64,000 bases of DNA from Antedon mediterranea (Eukaryota; Animalia; Echinodermata), in the NCBI RefSeq assembly GCF_964355755.1, contig NC_092680.1, forward strand, positions 22,143,045-22,207,044, read 5' to 3'. Every line of letters begins with the position of its first letter. Position 1 is the first letter of the stretch. Below the pieces are notes generated by a model that made no database searches, had not been told where the DNA came from, and saw only the letters and a program-made list of their open reading frames with translations. Shown in pieces: positions 13,771-39,651 of the stretch. Both the position numbers and the translations under genes were made by a program.

Positions 13771-14620
13771 ATTATGTAGCTAAACAGCTATCAAATTGTT
13801 TTAGTGAACTGTCTGTATATTGTTCAGAGTTTTAATAACAATAATCTTCATTTAACATGAGCAAGTCAACCAGTGTCAGGTTCTAGATGCATGTTGTGCC
13901 TTGTACAAATGATTGTAAATAACATGATTGCAATTTTTATTAATTGAACATAGTAATAAAATCGAACATTTATAAAGCTGTAAGCTTATACTGTATATGC
14001 TGTATAACAGGCAACCAGTGAAGTTGTGAAAGCAAAGGAGAGACATGATCAAATTTCCTTGCCTGAGAAAAAAGTATAGCAGCCCTGATCTGAAGTAGTT
14101 GGAGATTCTAATTATCTTTCTCAAAGCAACCGTGGAGTTAATTGATTTGGTCAGCCATATTTAAGCCCCCATCAAAAACAACTCCATGAACCTTGATAGA
14201 CTATTTTACAGTTAAATTGCCAATATAATAACAAATATTGTATATTGCTAAGTTTGTAATGTAAATAACTTGATTCAATATTCGATATAATTAACCTGAT
14301 TATTTTGTTATAGAAAAAAAAGTCAAATTGACAATAAAATGACGATGTTTATTACCTAATATTATATTGAAGCGAACTCGTATATTTTTTTATCTTTATC
14401 CTAATTTAGATTGTCATATAACATTACTTCACTTTGGTTTCAATTTTACATATTTTACAGTATCTATTTCTGATATAACTTTTATGTAATAATATTAATG
14501 TGTGAAAATTATAATTATGAAAACAATATCTTTGCAAAGTTAGTAAGAAGTAAAATCAAAATGGTATAATTGTTACTAGTCGGATGCCAAACTCTGACCA
14601 AATTTACCGGATACTCTGTA

Positions 14621-17127
14621 CATTGGCGGATCCAGGTGGGGGTGGGGCGCACCCTCTGCACGCCGCCTCCCCCCCCCCCAATAAATATGGGGAAAAAATT
14701 ATCCTACCATAAGGGAAAAAAAATCGGGAAAAGAAGCGTAAAAAAGAGTAAAACTTTCACTTTTGATTTAAATACATTGTTTCAGCGCCGTGCTAAATTA
14801 CTTTGTATTAGAGGTCACCATTGCCGTTGCTGTAAATTTCTAAGAGTTGCGAAATGAATTGCCTATTTTCACCTGAAAAATAAACGCATTTTGGTCCCTG
14901 GATGTAACATGATATTGACGCGTGTATCGTACCCATACTCGAGCTCGAACTATTCGTACAAAGGACACCGCCATACAACCGCGTAGGTCTACCTATTGTT
15001 TAGATTGCTGGCAGTCAGCAAGCATAAATAAAAGTGTATATATACGTCAAAAATGGAACGCCGTGGTTACCTACAGATCATCATCATAGAGGATTTGTTA
15101 ATAATAATATCGTAGGCCTACTGTGGTAACTGTGTAGGCCCAACTGTAGTGTACATTATAGCAACCGATTTTGTTTCTAGGCCACCCACCCAATTCTGTA
15201 TCGATACCTATTTATATATTTAATTTCTTGACTTCAACAAATTGATGTAAATAAATATTGAGCCATAATAAGCATTAAATTTGCGCTTTTTTGGGGCTTC
15301 CCCTAGATGGACGTTCACATTGAACTTAAACGCAATCAAAACTAAATACTGAGTGAATGAAATCGGCAAAAAAATGTTATATCGTCCTGTAATTAGTCAC
15401 GTGTGTTTGTTGGAGGGAAAAAATATGATCGTTTTGCTCATTGGTAGCATGCTGCATTATTATGAGAGTGTCCTGCATATTTAGAGGTGCCATTTATCAT
15501 GAATTTTATGTGCGAGAGTACCATTTCTTCCGGCCATCTGGGGCGTCATTTAACAAAGTTCTCTTCACCACCACAGGTGTGTAGACGGCCTTGGAAAAGC
15601 ACCTTTTCCGCCATGTACGTGCAAACGCTGACTTGCGCGAAACGCCCTGTTGTGACGCTTTACTCAAAATAGGCCTATAGGGAAAATGTCACTCTTAAGC
15701 TAGCAGTGGCGTATCCAGTGGGGGCCGGGGGGCCCGGGCCCCCCTGATTTCGTGTCCGTCGGCACATCATCGCGTCCGTCGGCAAACAAAGGTGCCGGGA
15801 AAAAAAATAATCTACTGTATTATTCTGACAATAATTGAACTGTAAACATAATTCTTTTGAGTGTTTGTTTATTTACATATCATATCATTGATCGCTTCAG
15901 ATCAACTATTTTTTATTTTCATTACATCTAACGAAACACGTAAAAAATGTGGTCATACGCCGTACGCGGTAGATATTGCTTACTCAAAAGTTTTTGACCT
16001 TACCCTATTCAACCTTGTTTTTGCAGTTGAGCCTCTCATGACCTGGGATTTGTATGTCTTCCTACGCTAAGATTATATAGTTCCACATGCCATGTGCTTT
16101 TTTGTCTAAGATATATTTATTATAAGTGCCAAAAACCCGTTTTTTTTTTCTCGATATGAGGCCTTTATTATTCAAAATTTTTAAAGAAAAAGCACACACC
16201 ATAAAAAATATCCATGTATTTCATTTTTGGAACAGAATATTCCGTGAGGCTCAACTACAAAACCACCATTTTGTGATATGATGTCATCGTAAGCCAATCA
16301 AAGTTGAGCTTTCTCGTGATTGGCATTGCTCACGGTTGAATGATTTTGGATTCTGGCTGATTTGATTGGTGGATGCGAATCACCCGCAGCGCAATGTTTT
16401 CTCTCGCGCGTGTACCATGAATCTCTCTGATCGTTTCTACACGTACACAAAGTTAGAGCAATGAATTTGCCCGATACTTTATAAGCATTTAATAACATGT
16501 TTTATTGATATTTCCAATGGTGATATATAAAATAAATTACTAAAAAACGTAATTACTGTATATGTAATTATTTTAACCAAAAATGGCGTAGTTAATAGAA
16601 TTATCGACTAGACTGAGGCCGTAAGTTGTTTTACTTCTTTCGTGGCTAAAAACGATCATTTTCTGCAATGTTTTAGACCCTATATTTCGAAAACTACAAG
16701 TCAGATTTTCCTAATTCTTTCTTTATTGTAATGTGAATACAACATACTAACAGATAATGTTGGTTTGGTTTTAATTTTGCATCGTTATGATCCCATAAGA
16801 CAATATGACTATGCAATCCTAGAACATTTATTGATCAGGTGTATGTACAGATAATGACACCAATTTTGTCGGCAAATTGGCAATTCCCGCCCCCCCCCCC
16901 CCTCCCAACTTCAAAATCCTGGATACGCCACTGTAGGCTAGTACCTCAGTTTTCATAATTAAAATATCAATTTTGAATACATTTATTTAACGTGAGAGTG
17001 CCATTTCCGACCATCTAGAGGTTTTACATTTTCAAAATTGCCTCAACTCAGCCCCACCATGATTGGGGTGGACTCTCTACAGTTGCGCCCCCCCCCCCCC
17101 TTTCACAAAATCCTGGATCCGCCCCTG
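14621..17127. mobile_element. Non-autonomous TIR DNA transposon (hAT- or P-like) with a nested element
   Basis: TIRs cattggcggatccagg / cctggatccgcccctg. Flanking duplication ctctgta. Poly-C/G subterminal tracts. Confidence 0.75.
15704..16933. mobile_element. Non-autonomous hAT-like element nested in 14621-17127
   Basis: TIRs cagtggcgtatccag / ctggatacgccactg. 8-bp TSD taagctag/taggctag. Confidence 0.8.
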
Positions 17128-17469
17128 CTCTGTATATTTCAGAATGCACGTGAAAACATTTTTATGGTAAACACATCAATGTATTAAATTAAACACATTT
17201 TATGATACCTCAGGTCAGGTTATTTGTTTGATCTGATTATATTTGTTTTCAATATAGAATATGTATTTTGTGTTATGTTCATGACAACTCATTGTATCCA
17301 TAATTGTAGCATACAATAACAATAAAACTTTAGTGAGAGAGAAATGGTTGCACTTTTACTTACCGTATTAGTTTTAGCCCTATTTAAAAATGAAATTGTA
17401 TAGAAATAGAGGTGAATTGCATAATTTCTTGCTGGTTTTAATACACAGTTGCATTGTTACTGATGCAAT

Positions 17470-18045
17470 TTGTCAAAAAATAAAAAGGCCGAAATTTGAT
17501 AATTTTTTTAAAAGTTTTCGAAAAATGGGCAAATTTCGAACCTTTTATTTTTTTACATAACTATGGCTCTATAATATCATAATAACACAATATATGCGCA
17601 TATTTGGCAATATTATTGCATAATTATTGAATTTTAAAAAGGTCGAAATTTGACAATTTTTTTGAAAAAAATCCTGTACTATAGGCCTAGTACAGGGATT
17701 TTTTTTTAGAAAAATGGCAAAAATTTCAAGTTTTGTAAAATTCAATTATTATGCGTTTTTTTATTGTATGATCATATTATAGAACCATAGAACCCAGTTA
17801 TGCCGAAAAATAAAAGGTCGAAAATTGGCTATTTTTCGACAAAATCCCTGTACTATTAGTCCAGGGATTTTTTTTTTAAATGGCCAAAATATCAAGTTTT
17901 TAAAATTCAATTATTATCCGTTTTTATTGCTGTATATGATCATATATTGCTTTATGATCATCTTATAGTACCAGCATAGAACCCAATTATGTCGAAAAAT
18001 AAAAATGTCGAAAATTGGCAATTTTTTGACAAAATCCCTGTACTA
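17470..18045. repeat. Foldback-like inverted repeat centred on cctgtactataggcctagtacagg
   Basis: 17510-17670 is the diverged reverse complement of 17700-17850. The right arm is tandemly repeated at 17860-18045. Confidence 0.6.
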
Positions 18046-19027
18046 ATCGTTGAATCCAGCGCGAATCATTGTTAGGCATGCTATAATACAAAACGTTTAA
18101 ACCATATCATTACTTCGACGCCTAATGGCAGCGCGCGTTCAATGTTTTTAGTCGCGTGTACGCGGCTCTATAGTTCACTATGTCGGTCGGTCGGTCGGTC
18201 TGGTATCACTATGCGTTTTATCGCTTTTTGACCTTATCTTGATATCAGTTTAATTTAGCTAAGTCAATTTTTCACAGTATATTCCCTTATGGCCAGGAAT
18301 CGATGTGGTTACGTTTTCACGGTGCGCAATAAAAAATTACGCGGTGTACGCACGATTTAACGAAATCACGTTTGTAATCATATCTTCACAACAATGAATG
18401 ACAATTAAATAAAATTTGGTACTCATACATTTCAGGGCATAAATCATCATATGGCAATACAATTACGTGCGTAGCGCATGTAACGCATGCGTACGCGCGC
18501 TTAACATTTTCAAAATCTATTGTCGATGAAGAGTACGTTTCAGGAAAGATGTTTTACGTCGTCAACGTTTGCCATCGTATGGACCTTGGTATCAAGTCTA
18601 AATCAATACGAATGCTATTGTGTTAAACGGCAAGTTAGATATTATACCGCGCCTATATGCGCGCCTTTGCCACTCGGTATTGAAGATGTTTGACATCGTC
18701 ATAAATTACCATTTCCTAACATAATATACAGTAACATCTACATGAACATTCTAGAATGTGCTCATTAGTGTTTACCGACCGACCAACCTACCAACTGACC
18801 AAAATTACTGAACATGTTTAAAAATGTTGAAATGTTTAAAAACATTTATATTTTTTTTAATTTACACGTGCATAGCCTGTCACTTTTGACGTGCACGTAT
18901 AACATAATTTCGAGTTGAAAAGTAAGTCAAGAAAACAGAAATCGGGCAAAAAGAGTGCGCAATAACATTTAACGCGCAGTGCGCGCGCAAAAATCTGCGC
19001 ACTCATGCCAATTTTGTAAACACTTTT

Positions 19028-19577
19028 TGTATTGTCCCTTTGACTAATTCAAAAAAAAATAAAAAATAACAGATTTCGAAAAAAGGTGGGTCATTTTGAA
19101 GTATCATAATAGTTATTAACTATCACCAAAAATTTGTCGAAAAAAAAAATCATTTAACTGAAATACAGACGTTTTTTTGTTTAAAAAATAACTCTGACTT
19201 CCAGTCAAAGTTTTCGATCAAAACATACCCCATAATGAAACGCGCTTGTTTGGCTACTCTGTATGCATAATCATAAAACTTCCTCATGATCTGTGTGAAA
19301 ATACCTTCTCTACCGTGACGAGTTGTAAACAATCCTAATTAGCATATGCATAATACGTACTCGTGGTTTGAAATCTTTGTTTACTTTCGCTCGCGACGAT
19401 TTTCCAGACGAAATGTAATCAAACTAATTTACCTGTTAATTACTTAAACTTGTTGCTTTTGGCTCGAATTTTCAAGTTAAAGGGAATAACTTTAATATTA
19501 CTTTGATATGGCCAATTTAAATTTAGAATATTTTGACCTTCATTTTTTTTGTGTTTCAAGGGACAATACATCTTTAC
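19028..19577. mobile_element. About 520-bp non-autonomous TTAA-type (Kolobok/piggyBac-like) element, copy 1
   Basis: Ends tgtattgtccc / gggacaataacatcttta. Body similar to 39652-40159 and to the reverse complement of 61575-62103. Confidence 0.75.
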
Positions 19578-20608
19578 AATTGCATTCGTTCGATGTATGA
19601 AATGACCGTAAACTTTTTATGACAAACCTATTCTTCAAGACCCCCGCACCAAGGACAGTACGTGTCTTATTGTAAAATCATTCAACATGGTCATCTAGCA
19701 TTCGTTCGATAATTCGTTAGAAAATAAACCCAAAATCTTTACTTCGACGCCTAATGACAGCGTGCGTCAATGTTTTCAGTTTACAACCAAAGAGAGAACA
19801 GGAATGGTAATTTATTGCATCCATTGCCTCTACCGTTTTGACTCATGATAATCTTGTAACGAAGGAGGGTGAGTGGAAATTGGTTTAGACTTGATACCAA
19901 GGTACATACGAGGCAAATCTTTTTTACTTCGTGAAGAAGCAATACACCGTCTCTTTGCTCTCAACGAACTGAACAGGCGTAACATGAGAACGAATTAAAA
20001 TCTTTTTTACTTCGGGAAGAAGTCAAAGCCTTTGATTGTGTTTACTTCAATGGGTATTCGTTCGATGTACAATGCATTGGGACATTAAATATTTATGAAA
20101 AACTCATCTTCAAGACCTCCCTCGATACAGCTGGCAAGGCGCGCAACGTGGACGGGGTATTTAACACAATTCATTCGATGTATGTAATGATCATTAAACA
20201 TTTATTGAAAACTCATCTTCAAGGAAGACCCCACCCCCTCCTAGGACAGTGCGTGTCTTTATTGTTAAAGCATTCAACATGTGGCAATGAACATCTAGCA
20301 TTCGTTCGATAATTCTTTAGAAAAATAAAAAGATTTAGGCCTACTTCGACGCCAAATGACAGGGCGCGCGTCATTTTTTTCAAGCATTCAGTTTACCAAA
20401 CTGAGACAGCCAGAACAGCGTCGTTTTATAGAATAATGCAATAACAACCAGGTAGAGACATGGAAGCTTTACTTCGACGCAAATGACTGCGCGCGTCAAT
20501 GTTTTCAGTTTACAACCAAAGAGAGAACAGCATCGTCTTAAGCCAAAGATAATAAAAGGAGAAGATACAACAGTTCCCTTGGCGGCGTAAACCACATCCG
20601 GGTTACTA

Positions 20609-20679
20609 TTTGCCTACGCCTGAAGGTGGCGCACTTCTTTTTTGCTAGAAGAAGTGCGCCACCTTCAGGCGTGGGTAAG
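20609..20679 (+). other. GC-rich stem-loop (24-bp perfect stem, extended by G-U pairs)
   Basis: acgcctgaaggtggcgcacttctt / aagaagtgcgccaccttcaggcgt. Confidence 0.8.
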
Positions 20680-21259
20680 GTAAAACTATCTATAAAAATG
20701 CAAACGATGATTATTTATCAAAATGATTATCAAAATATTAATAATATCAAAATTAGTAAAGCACAGACGCGAGAACACATCAGATCATCACGATCCATCC
20801 AAACGTGGAATTAGACGGGAACCATATCTAGAGCCCCCCGTCGTTCGGCTGCTGGATTCTTACGCGTCCATGAAAGCACGTCCGCGTTTCCTATCCTTCT
20901 ATATATAACAGCGCGTACTGTTGATTCTTTACCTATTTATATTCTTCCAAATCCTTCTCTACGCATGCGTATTAGCTGACGCCTTCGATTCGCGCGAACA
21001 AATTGAAAATCGGCTTTACAATCACAATGGGTGTTCAAAACAATACCGGGGTCATACAAAATGCAAGACAGAGAAATAAAAAAAATATATATTTAAAACT
21101 GCACATATTATTTATTTTCAAATACCATATTCATTCAATCCAAGGATATAACAGCGCGAATCATTGTTAGGCATGCTATAATACAAACGTTTAAACAATA
21201 ATCATTACTTGGACGCCAAATGACAGCGTCAATGTTTTTAAGACTATATTTTTTGTGTT

Positions 21260-23425
21260 TAGCTGTGTGAATTAGGCAATTAAGGAGAGCTGACATATCA
21301 GTGGGACAGCCAGTCGACAAATCGTGTCAAATTTCGACTCGGAGAGGGCGCCCTACTTTTCTAATTTAGTTCAAAATTGCTAAATTTTAGGGTGTTGGAA
21401 AAACACAATATTTGTAAATTTAGCTGATTATCGGAAAAATATTGTTAGTGAAATAAATTCATAAATGGTTTTAATATATTGTCATGTAAAATTAAATGTA
21501 TTTGAACAAAACGATAATCTGTAATTTAACGGCAAAATCAACCAATGTCTTTTTTCCGAAATTGTACCCTAGAAAATCGTTAAAATAAAATATTTAGAAA
21601 AATTGAACAGTCCTGAATTTAAAATCCCTGTTAGAAAAATTAATAATCTACAGAATACGATATTAAGATACAAAATTCGGTGGTTGGGATGCAGCTCCGA
21701 CTATTCAAACTAAAGGTACCACTATTTGTTCCATCGAAAACTAGCGAAACCGCCATTTTGTAAACACATCGTCATCGTGTTTATGAATTTATTTATAGCG
21801 AACGATATACGCGATGTTTATAATTGTCCGCGTATAAGAATTCATATAAATAAATACATTCCAATGTACAACGTATATTATTACTTGTTTATTTATCACA
21901 GTATACATTTTAGTTGAGGAATATTTATCATAACTATTATAATAGCTTTTATACGAGTCCGAGGCCTAGCCCTATTAGCGAGCGATTGTTCCAGGGGCGG
22001 AAAGTCACTTAGTGACGTTTTGATCGAGCGCGTCGGGCCTAGCTAATATTAATAATATGACCTGAAATAAGCGGCTAACAAGAACTGTTATATACTTGCT
22101 TACAATTGTTTTGTTATTGATGAACAAACAAGCAATTAGATTGAATAACAAATTATTTATTCATTTTTTTTTGGGTAAAAACATGTACAAACTAGTACTG
22201 TATAATATAAATTAATAGTAATATTAAAATACAGTATTAATAAAATATAAAATAGGCCTAACATACAATAAATATTCAATTTTTAAGGTCTACCACATGA
22301 CAATAACATAATTTACAGAGTATAGTGTAGTAGGTTTGCATTCAACATAAATATTTGTATTGTAATTCATCTAAATCCTCTGCAACATACATATATTTGT
22401 AATTCAACATTTTGTTTTAAATAATTAAATTATAGTTTGGGTATGACAATGTCGGTAGGTACCGGTGTCATCTTTTTATCCACTTCACTCTCAGTTTGAA
22501 GTCACAAAGACAAAGAACTCTGCATCATCAACGATTCCTGAAAATAAATATTATTTAAAAAAAAATGTTAATGTCAAATGGAAGCTGTATTTTATTAATT
22601 AATTATTACAGTATTTGCTATTATTATTTATATAATCTAGGCCTACTAGTAACTTAGCTAGGCATCTATTGAGCCTAATAAATCAAATAATAAATGAAAA
22701 ATTAAATAATAATATTAATACTGATTGAAAAAAAGTATTTTTTTGGGGGGATCAGATCACCAGGCCAGGCCGGCCAGGACCAATGATACTCGTAATCAGT
22801 ACAACTTAACGACTATCGGATCAGCATCAACACAGTGTACAACACACGTCTCGCTATCGCCTATACTGACACACGTGTCTCGCGTTGCCGAAACCACGCT
22901 CACAGCTAGAAAATGTACCTACCTTTCGAGGCCTGAGAATACACCAACAAATTTTGAACAGGATAGAAATATATCATACTCGATTAAACTAATATTATTC
23001 TTGATAAAACAATTGATTATAATCTTTTTAATTTGTTGGGATGCACCTCCGACTATTCAGAAAATGGACAACAAAACAGTAGTCAAATCGTACCACATTT
23101 ATAAATTTCACGAGTCCCGACTTCAGTCGCCGAATGTATTGTATTAGCTTCGGTTTCTTTGAAGGAAACCGATTGGTTATTCAATTATACTTATTAGGAA
23201 ATGATTTTACCATAATAGGTAATGTTGGGCGGTTCTTAAATATTCATGAGAGCTTAAAATAAAACAGCACTTATTTGCTAGGCGACGAAAAATCGTGGTT
23301 TCAGTTTTCAACGATAGGTGGCGCTTCAAAATCGTCAATGCGGAAGTAAGTCGATTTTACACGATTTAACGGTCAAAACGCGAAGTGGCTTTCCCACTGA
23401 TATGATCTGCCTAACTCACTGCTTA
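21260..23425. mobile_element. Degenerate DNA transposon-like element with imperfect long TIRs
   Basis: agctgtgtgaattaggca..catatcagtgggacagcca..aaatcgtgtcaaa matches the reverse complement of tggctttcccactgatatgatctgcctaactcactgct. Internal repeat ttgggatgca.ctccgactattca at 21684 and 23036. Confidence 0.5.
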
Positions 23426-23514
23426 TATCTTTATACTGCCCTCTGTACATTATCTGAATATGCACATGCTCAGATCGTTTTTTGTGTTTCTGCCTGCCTA
23501 AGTCAGCTGTGTGA

Positions 23515-24060
23515 CGTGATAAGTGTCTTAGTTTATGGTTGTCTGATATGGTTCAGTAGTTTTAGAAAATCAGACCTAAAGAATGTTCAATGTTTAGTAA
23601 AAAGGTAAACAGATCTTAGATTTGATGATGTTTGTAACGTCAAAATCTACGATACGGTCATTGCCATAATGAAAGATGAGAGTCATCCGCTCTATAGTGA
23701 TTTTCAATGATTGAGATCTGGAAGGCGTTTGAGGGCTACACGTTGTAGAACAAAACGCTTCCTTAATTCTTTTATTCCGTACTCAATTAGACATTTTTAA
23801 TAACCATTGTTAAGTCTATAGTGATTTTCAATGATTGAGATCTGGAAGGCGTTTGAGGGCTACACGTTGTAGAACAAAACGCTTCCTTAATTCTTTTATT
23901 CCGTACTCAATTAGACATTTTTAATAACCGTTGTTTAAGTCGTTGAATTTTGTTGCTATGTATTGTAATGTTATTGTATTAACCTTTTAACTTTGAGCAA
24001 TTGTAGGCCTATGTCACATGAATTTCCGTATGGACAAATAAAATGAACTATAAACTATAA
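23515..24060 (+). mobile_element. 5'-truncated LINE (L2/CR1-like) 3' fragment with internal ~124-bp duplication
   Basis: Degenerate peptides SVLVYGCLIWF and DESHPLYSDF..RSGRRLRATRCRTKRFLNSFIPYSI resemble the ORF2 C-terminus. Ends aataaaatg(aactata)2. Confidence 0.7.
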
Positions 24061-24660
24061 TGGTGTGCAGTATAACCTGGTATAAGAGCATAATGAAATA
24101 GTATGAGAGCATGACGTCACCGCATGTGAAGAGATTACTGGCGTTCCATAATGTTCCTAGGAAAGGAAGACTTTCTTTTTTTTTCTTTTTTTTTTTTTTT
24201 AAATTTTATTCAGTTGTCAACCAACAGCGATGAAACCGCCACTAACAGGTTGTATCACTAGGCCTAGGCCCTATGCTCCACTGACACCAAATTGGGTCCA
24301 CACCACGAGCATGCAGCTAGAGTAAGTTTTATTTCTTTTTTTAGAAGTTATAAAAGGCATAAATGACGCTTCGTCAGAAGAGCCGTAATGGTGAATGAGC
24401 CAATGGTAAAGGGCTGAATGGTAAAAGAGCCGAAGAAGGCAGTAACGGCGTTCCATACTTCTCTCTATGTTGTGTATGTTTGTTGTTATGGATATGATGT
24501 TGCGACGTGACGTAGCCTAGCCTAAAATTCAGCGATTCAATTTGTCTACATTGATTTACCTATAATAAGTTGTTAGGTAGTGTATATGTACATGTGGATA
24601 TGTATTAACCTGTATTCTTAATCTTCAAAATTCAAGTAAAGTAGCCGATAAACGGCGATA

Positions 24661-24980
24661 GTAAGTAGCCTAGGCCTGCCTAGCTAGCCTACTACTAGCT
24701 AAAGGGCAGGCTTTTAGGCTAAGCTAGAGGCCTAGAGGCTAGGCCTAGTTATTAGTAGGCCTTCTAGCTAGAGTCGAGTAGATAGGTTTAGCCTAGCTAG
24801 GCCTAGCTAGGTAGCTTTTTTCCTAGCCTAGTAGGCCTAGTTAGTACAAAGCTAGGCCTAACTAAAGTAAGTAGGCCTAGGGCCTAGGCCTATTTCTTTT
24901 TTTTTTATTAGGCCTAGCCTAGAGGCCTAGGCTAGTAGGCTAGCTGAATAGCTATGGATGCTAGGCTAGTACTAGCTAGT
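24661..24980. repeat. CTAG/AGGCCT-rich low-complexity tract in the probable MAK 5'-UTR intron
   Basis: Dense ctag/aggcctag motifs following a gtaagt donor-like site at 24661. Confidence 0.7.
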
Positions 24981-24984
24981 ATAA

Positions 24985-25428
24985 AGGCCCATTTAAACTA
25001 GGACGATAACGATCGAGGATAATAGACAAATGTGCATTTTTCATACATAAAACAAAAGAAATATAAAAACTTTTCATTCTACTAGAACTATAGAATAACC
25101 TTCTAGGCCTAGCCTAGCCTAGGCCTACTAGGGCCTAGGCCTAATGCTTCCTTTTGATGACAATGATATTTTCACACGTCCAATCAAATGAGGTCATGAT
25201 TAGTAAGAGCAATAATATCGTGACAATACAACGATTTTATTGTTTTTATTTATCATGACGTCATTTGATTGGAATTTTAAAAATATTATTTTTATCAAAG
25301 ACATGAATGATTATCCTATAGGCCTAGATAGTTCTAGAACGAAAACCTTTCTAATTTATTTTTTTTTATGTAAAAAAAATGCATGTTTATTTATCGTCCA
25401 TCGTTATCGTCCTAGTGTAAATGGGCCT
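24985..25428. mobile_element. PIF/Harbinger (Tourist-like) MITE
   Basis: TIR aggcccatttaaactaggacgataacga / tcgttatcgtcctagtgtaaatgggcct. TAA on both sides. Long internal inverted similarity. Confidence 0.85.
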
Positions 25429-25852
25429 TAAGCCTAACTAATAAAAAGCATTGACAACATCTATTTTTGTACTATTTTTAAAATTATGCATAGGAGGCTA
25501 GCTAGGGCCAGGCCTAGGCTAGGCCTAGATTCAATTAATAATCATCATACGTGACCCGATCTTAACTCTTATGTCTTGTGATGTTAGGTTAGGGCCAGGC
25601 CTAGGCCTAGATTCAATTAATCATCATCATACGTGACCCGATCTTAACTCTTATGTCTTGTGATGTTAGGTTTTTACATATATTGTTAAGTGAATAACTA
25701 AAGTAATTTATTTGATTTATTTTTGCGGACGGCTGCTGCCCTCCCAATATAAAGAATATTGATTTATGTTTACTTTCAGGTTTTTTAACATGCGATTGAT
25801 GATATGGAAATAACGTCTAATATTTATTAAAAGAGTGCATTATTTTGTAATA

Positions 25853-37609
<11,757 letters not shown>

Positions 37610-38239
37610 AATATGAATATTAGCTGATAAAGAACACAACGCTCACATTTTAACAGAAATGTTAACTTAACAATACTGTGACAAACAGTAGATGTGTAAC
37701 TATTTTATATATTATTGATCAAATATTAGAACTAAATGTTGTAGGATTTGTGTCTAGTAAGAATTGTAAAAATATATTTTAATAATATCAAGACAAACAT
37801 TCCTGAAGAACAAGAAATAAAATTTGCTATAATCATGCTGGTCTGGCATTGTTTTGAAGTTTTTGTCTATTAAAATTCTGTACTGTAAAATTATTAGTGG
37901 ACCCATGATTTATTTTGTACTGCTAGTATTATTTCGAAACATAACCTCTTATTGCAATTGCAATCATCTCCAGTATTTTGTTTTATTTGTTATTAAATTA
38001 TTATGAATATCAATTATTTGAAAGCTCTAGTTAGATTTTAGCAAATGACAGTGTGGGTGGTATTAAAGTATAAAGGTTTTGAAAGCTCTAGTTAGATTTT
38101 AGCAAATGACAGTGTGGGTGGTATTAAAGTATAAAGGTTAAACTAAAAGTAAATACTTTAATATCATTATTTAGTATTATTTTAAAAATAATATAATTTG
38201 CACTTTATTTAGAGGAGAATTCAAGTATACCTAACTTGA

Positions 38240-39539
38240 AGAAAACTTCCCCCTTAAAGTTGTATAGACTTATGACAATTTATATGGAAGGCAGTTACCT
38301 AATCTGTGTATGAAGACAGATCAATTTTAGTAAGAAAACTGCCCCTTAAAGTTGTATAGACTAATGACAATTTATATGGAAGGCAGTTACCTAATCTTTG
38401 TGTATGAAGACACATCAATTTTAGTAAGAAAACTGCCCCTTAAAGTTGTATAGACTAATGACAATTTATATGGAAGGCAGTTACCTAATCTTTGTGTATG
38501 AAGACAGATCAATTTTAGTAAGAAAACTGCCCCTTAAAGTTGTATAGACTAATGACAATTTATATGGAAGGCAGTTACCTAATCTGTGTATGAAGACAGA
38601 TCAATTTTAGTAAGAAAACTGCCCCTTAAAGTTGTATAGACTAATGACAATTTATATGGAAGGCAGTTACCTAATCTGTGTATGAAGACACATCAATTTT
38701 AGTAAGAAAACTGCCCCTTAAAGTTGTATAGACTTATGACAATTTATATGGAAGGCAGTTACCTAATCTGTGTATGAAGACAGATCAATTTTAGTAAGAA
38801 AACTGCCCCTTAAAGTTGTATAGACTAATGACAATTTATATGGAAGGCAGTTACCTAATCTTTGTGTATGAAGACAGATCAATTTTAGTAAGAAAACTGC
38901 CCCTTAAAGTTGTATAGACTAATGACAATTTATATGGAAGGCAGTTACCTAATCTTTGTGTATGAAGACAGATCAATTTTAGTAAGAAAACTGCCCCTTA
39001 AAGTTGTATAGACTAATGACAATTTATATGGAAGGCAGTTACCTAATCTGTGTATGAAGACACATCAATTTTAGTAAGAAAACTGCCCCTTAAAGTTGTA
39101 TAGACTTATGACAATTTATATGGAAGGCAGTTACCTAATCTGTGTATGAAGACAGATCAATTTTAGTAAGAAAACTGCCCCTTAAAGTTGTATAGACTAA
39201 TGACAATTTATATGGAAGGCAGTTACCTAATCTGTGTATGAAGACAGATCAATTTTAGTAAGAAAACTGCCCCTTAAAGTTGTATAGACTAATGACAATT
39301 TATATGGAAGGCAGTTACCTAATCTTTGTGTATGAAGACAGATCAATTTTAGTAAGAAAACTGCCCCTTAAAGTTGTATAGACTTATGACAATTTATATG
39401 GAAGGCAGTTACCTAATCTGTGTATGAAGACAGATCAATTTTAGTAAGAAAACTGTCCCTTAAAGTTGTATAGACTAATGACAATTTATATGGAAGGCAG
39501 TTACCTAATCTGTGTATGAAGACAGATCAATTTTAGTAA
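38240..39539. repeat. 92-94-bp minisatellite, about 14 copies, downstream of the MAK stop
   Basis: Unit agaaaactgccccttaaagttgtatagactaatgacaatttatatggaaggcagttacctaatc(tt)tgtgtatgaagacagatcaattttagta. Confidence 0.93.
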
Positions 39540-39651
39540 ATTAGAACCTCACATTTCAGATATAAACATGCTTTGTTCACCGTAATAAATTAAGATGTCT
39601 TGTATTTAAAAGTTTGGCCTATCTGCTTATAAAACGCATGTAATTAATTAA

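Larger units (their letters stand above)
18146..21240. mobile_element. Composite repeat region with Helentron/HINE-like head and internal direct repeats
   Basis: Head ttttagtcgcgtgtacgcggctctata..(gtcg)n. Recurring motif acttcgacgcc(t/a)aatgacagcg at about 18113, 19741, 20343, 20471 and 21206. Boundaries approximate. Confidence 0.45.

Noticed and set aside
24111-24120. CRE palindrome TGACGTCA upstream of MAK
   Set aside because: A single 8-mer next to repeat-derived sequence with unknown TSS; not supportable.
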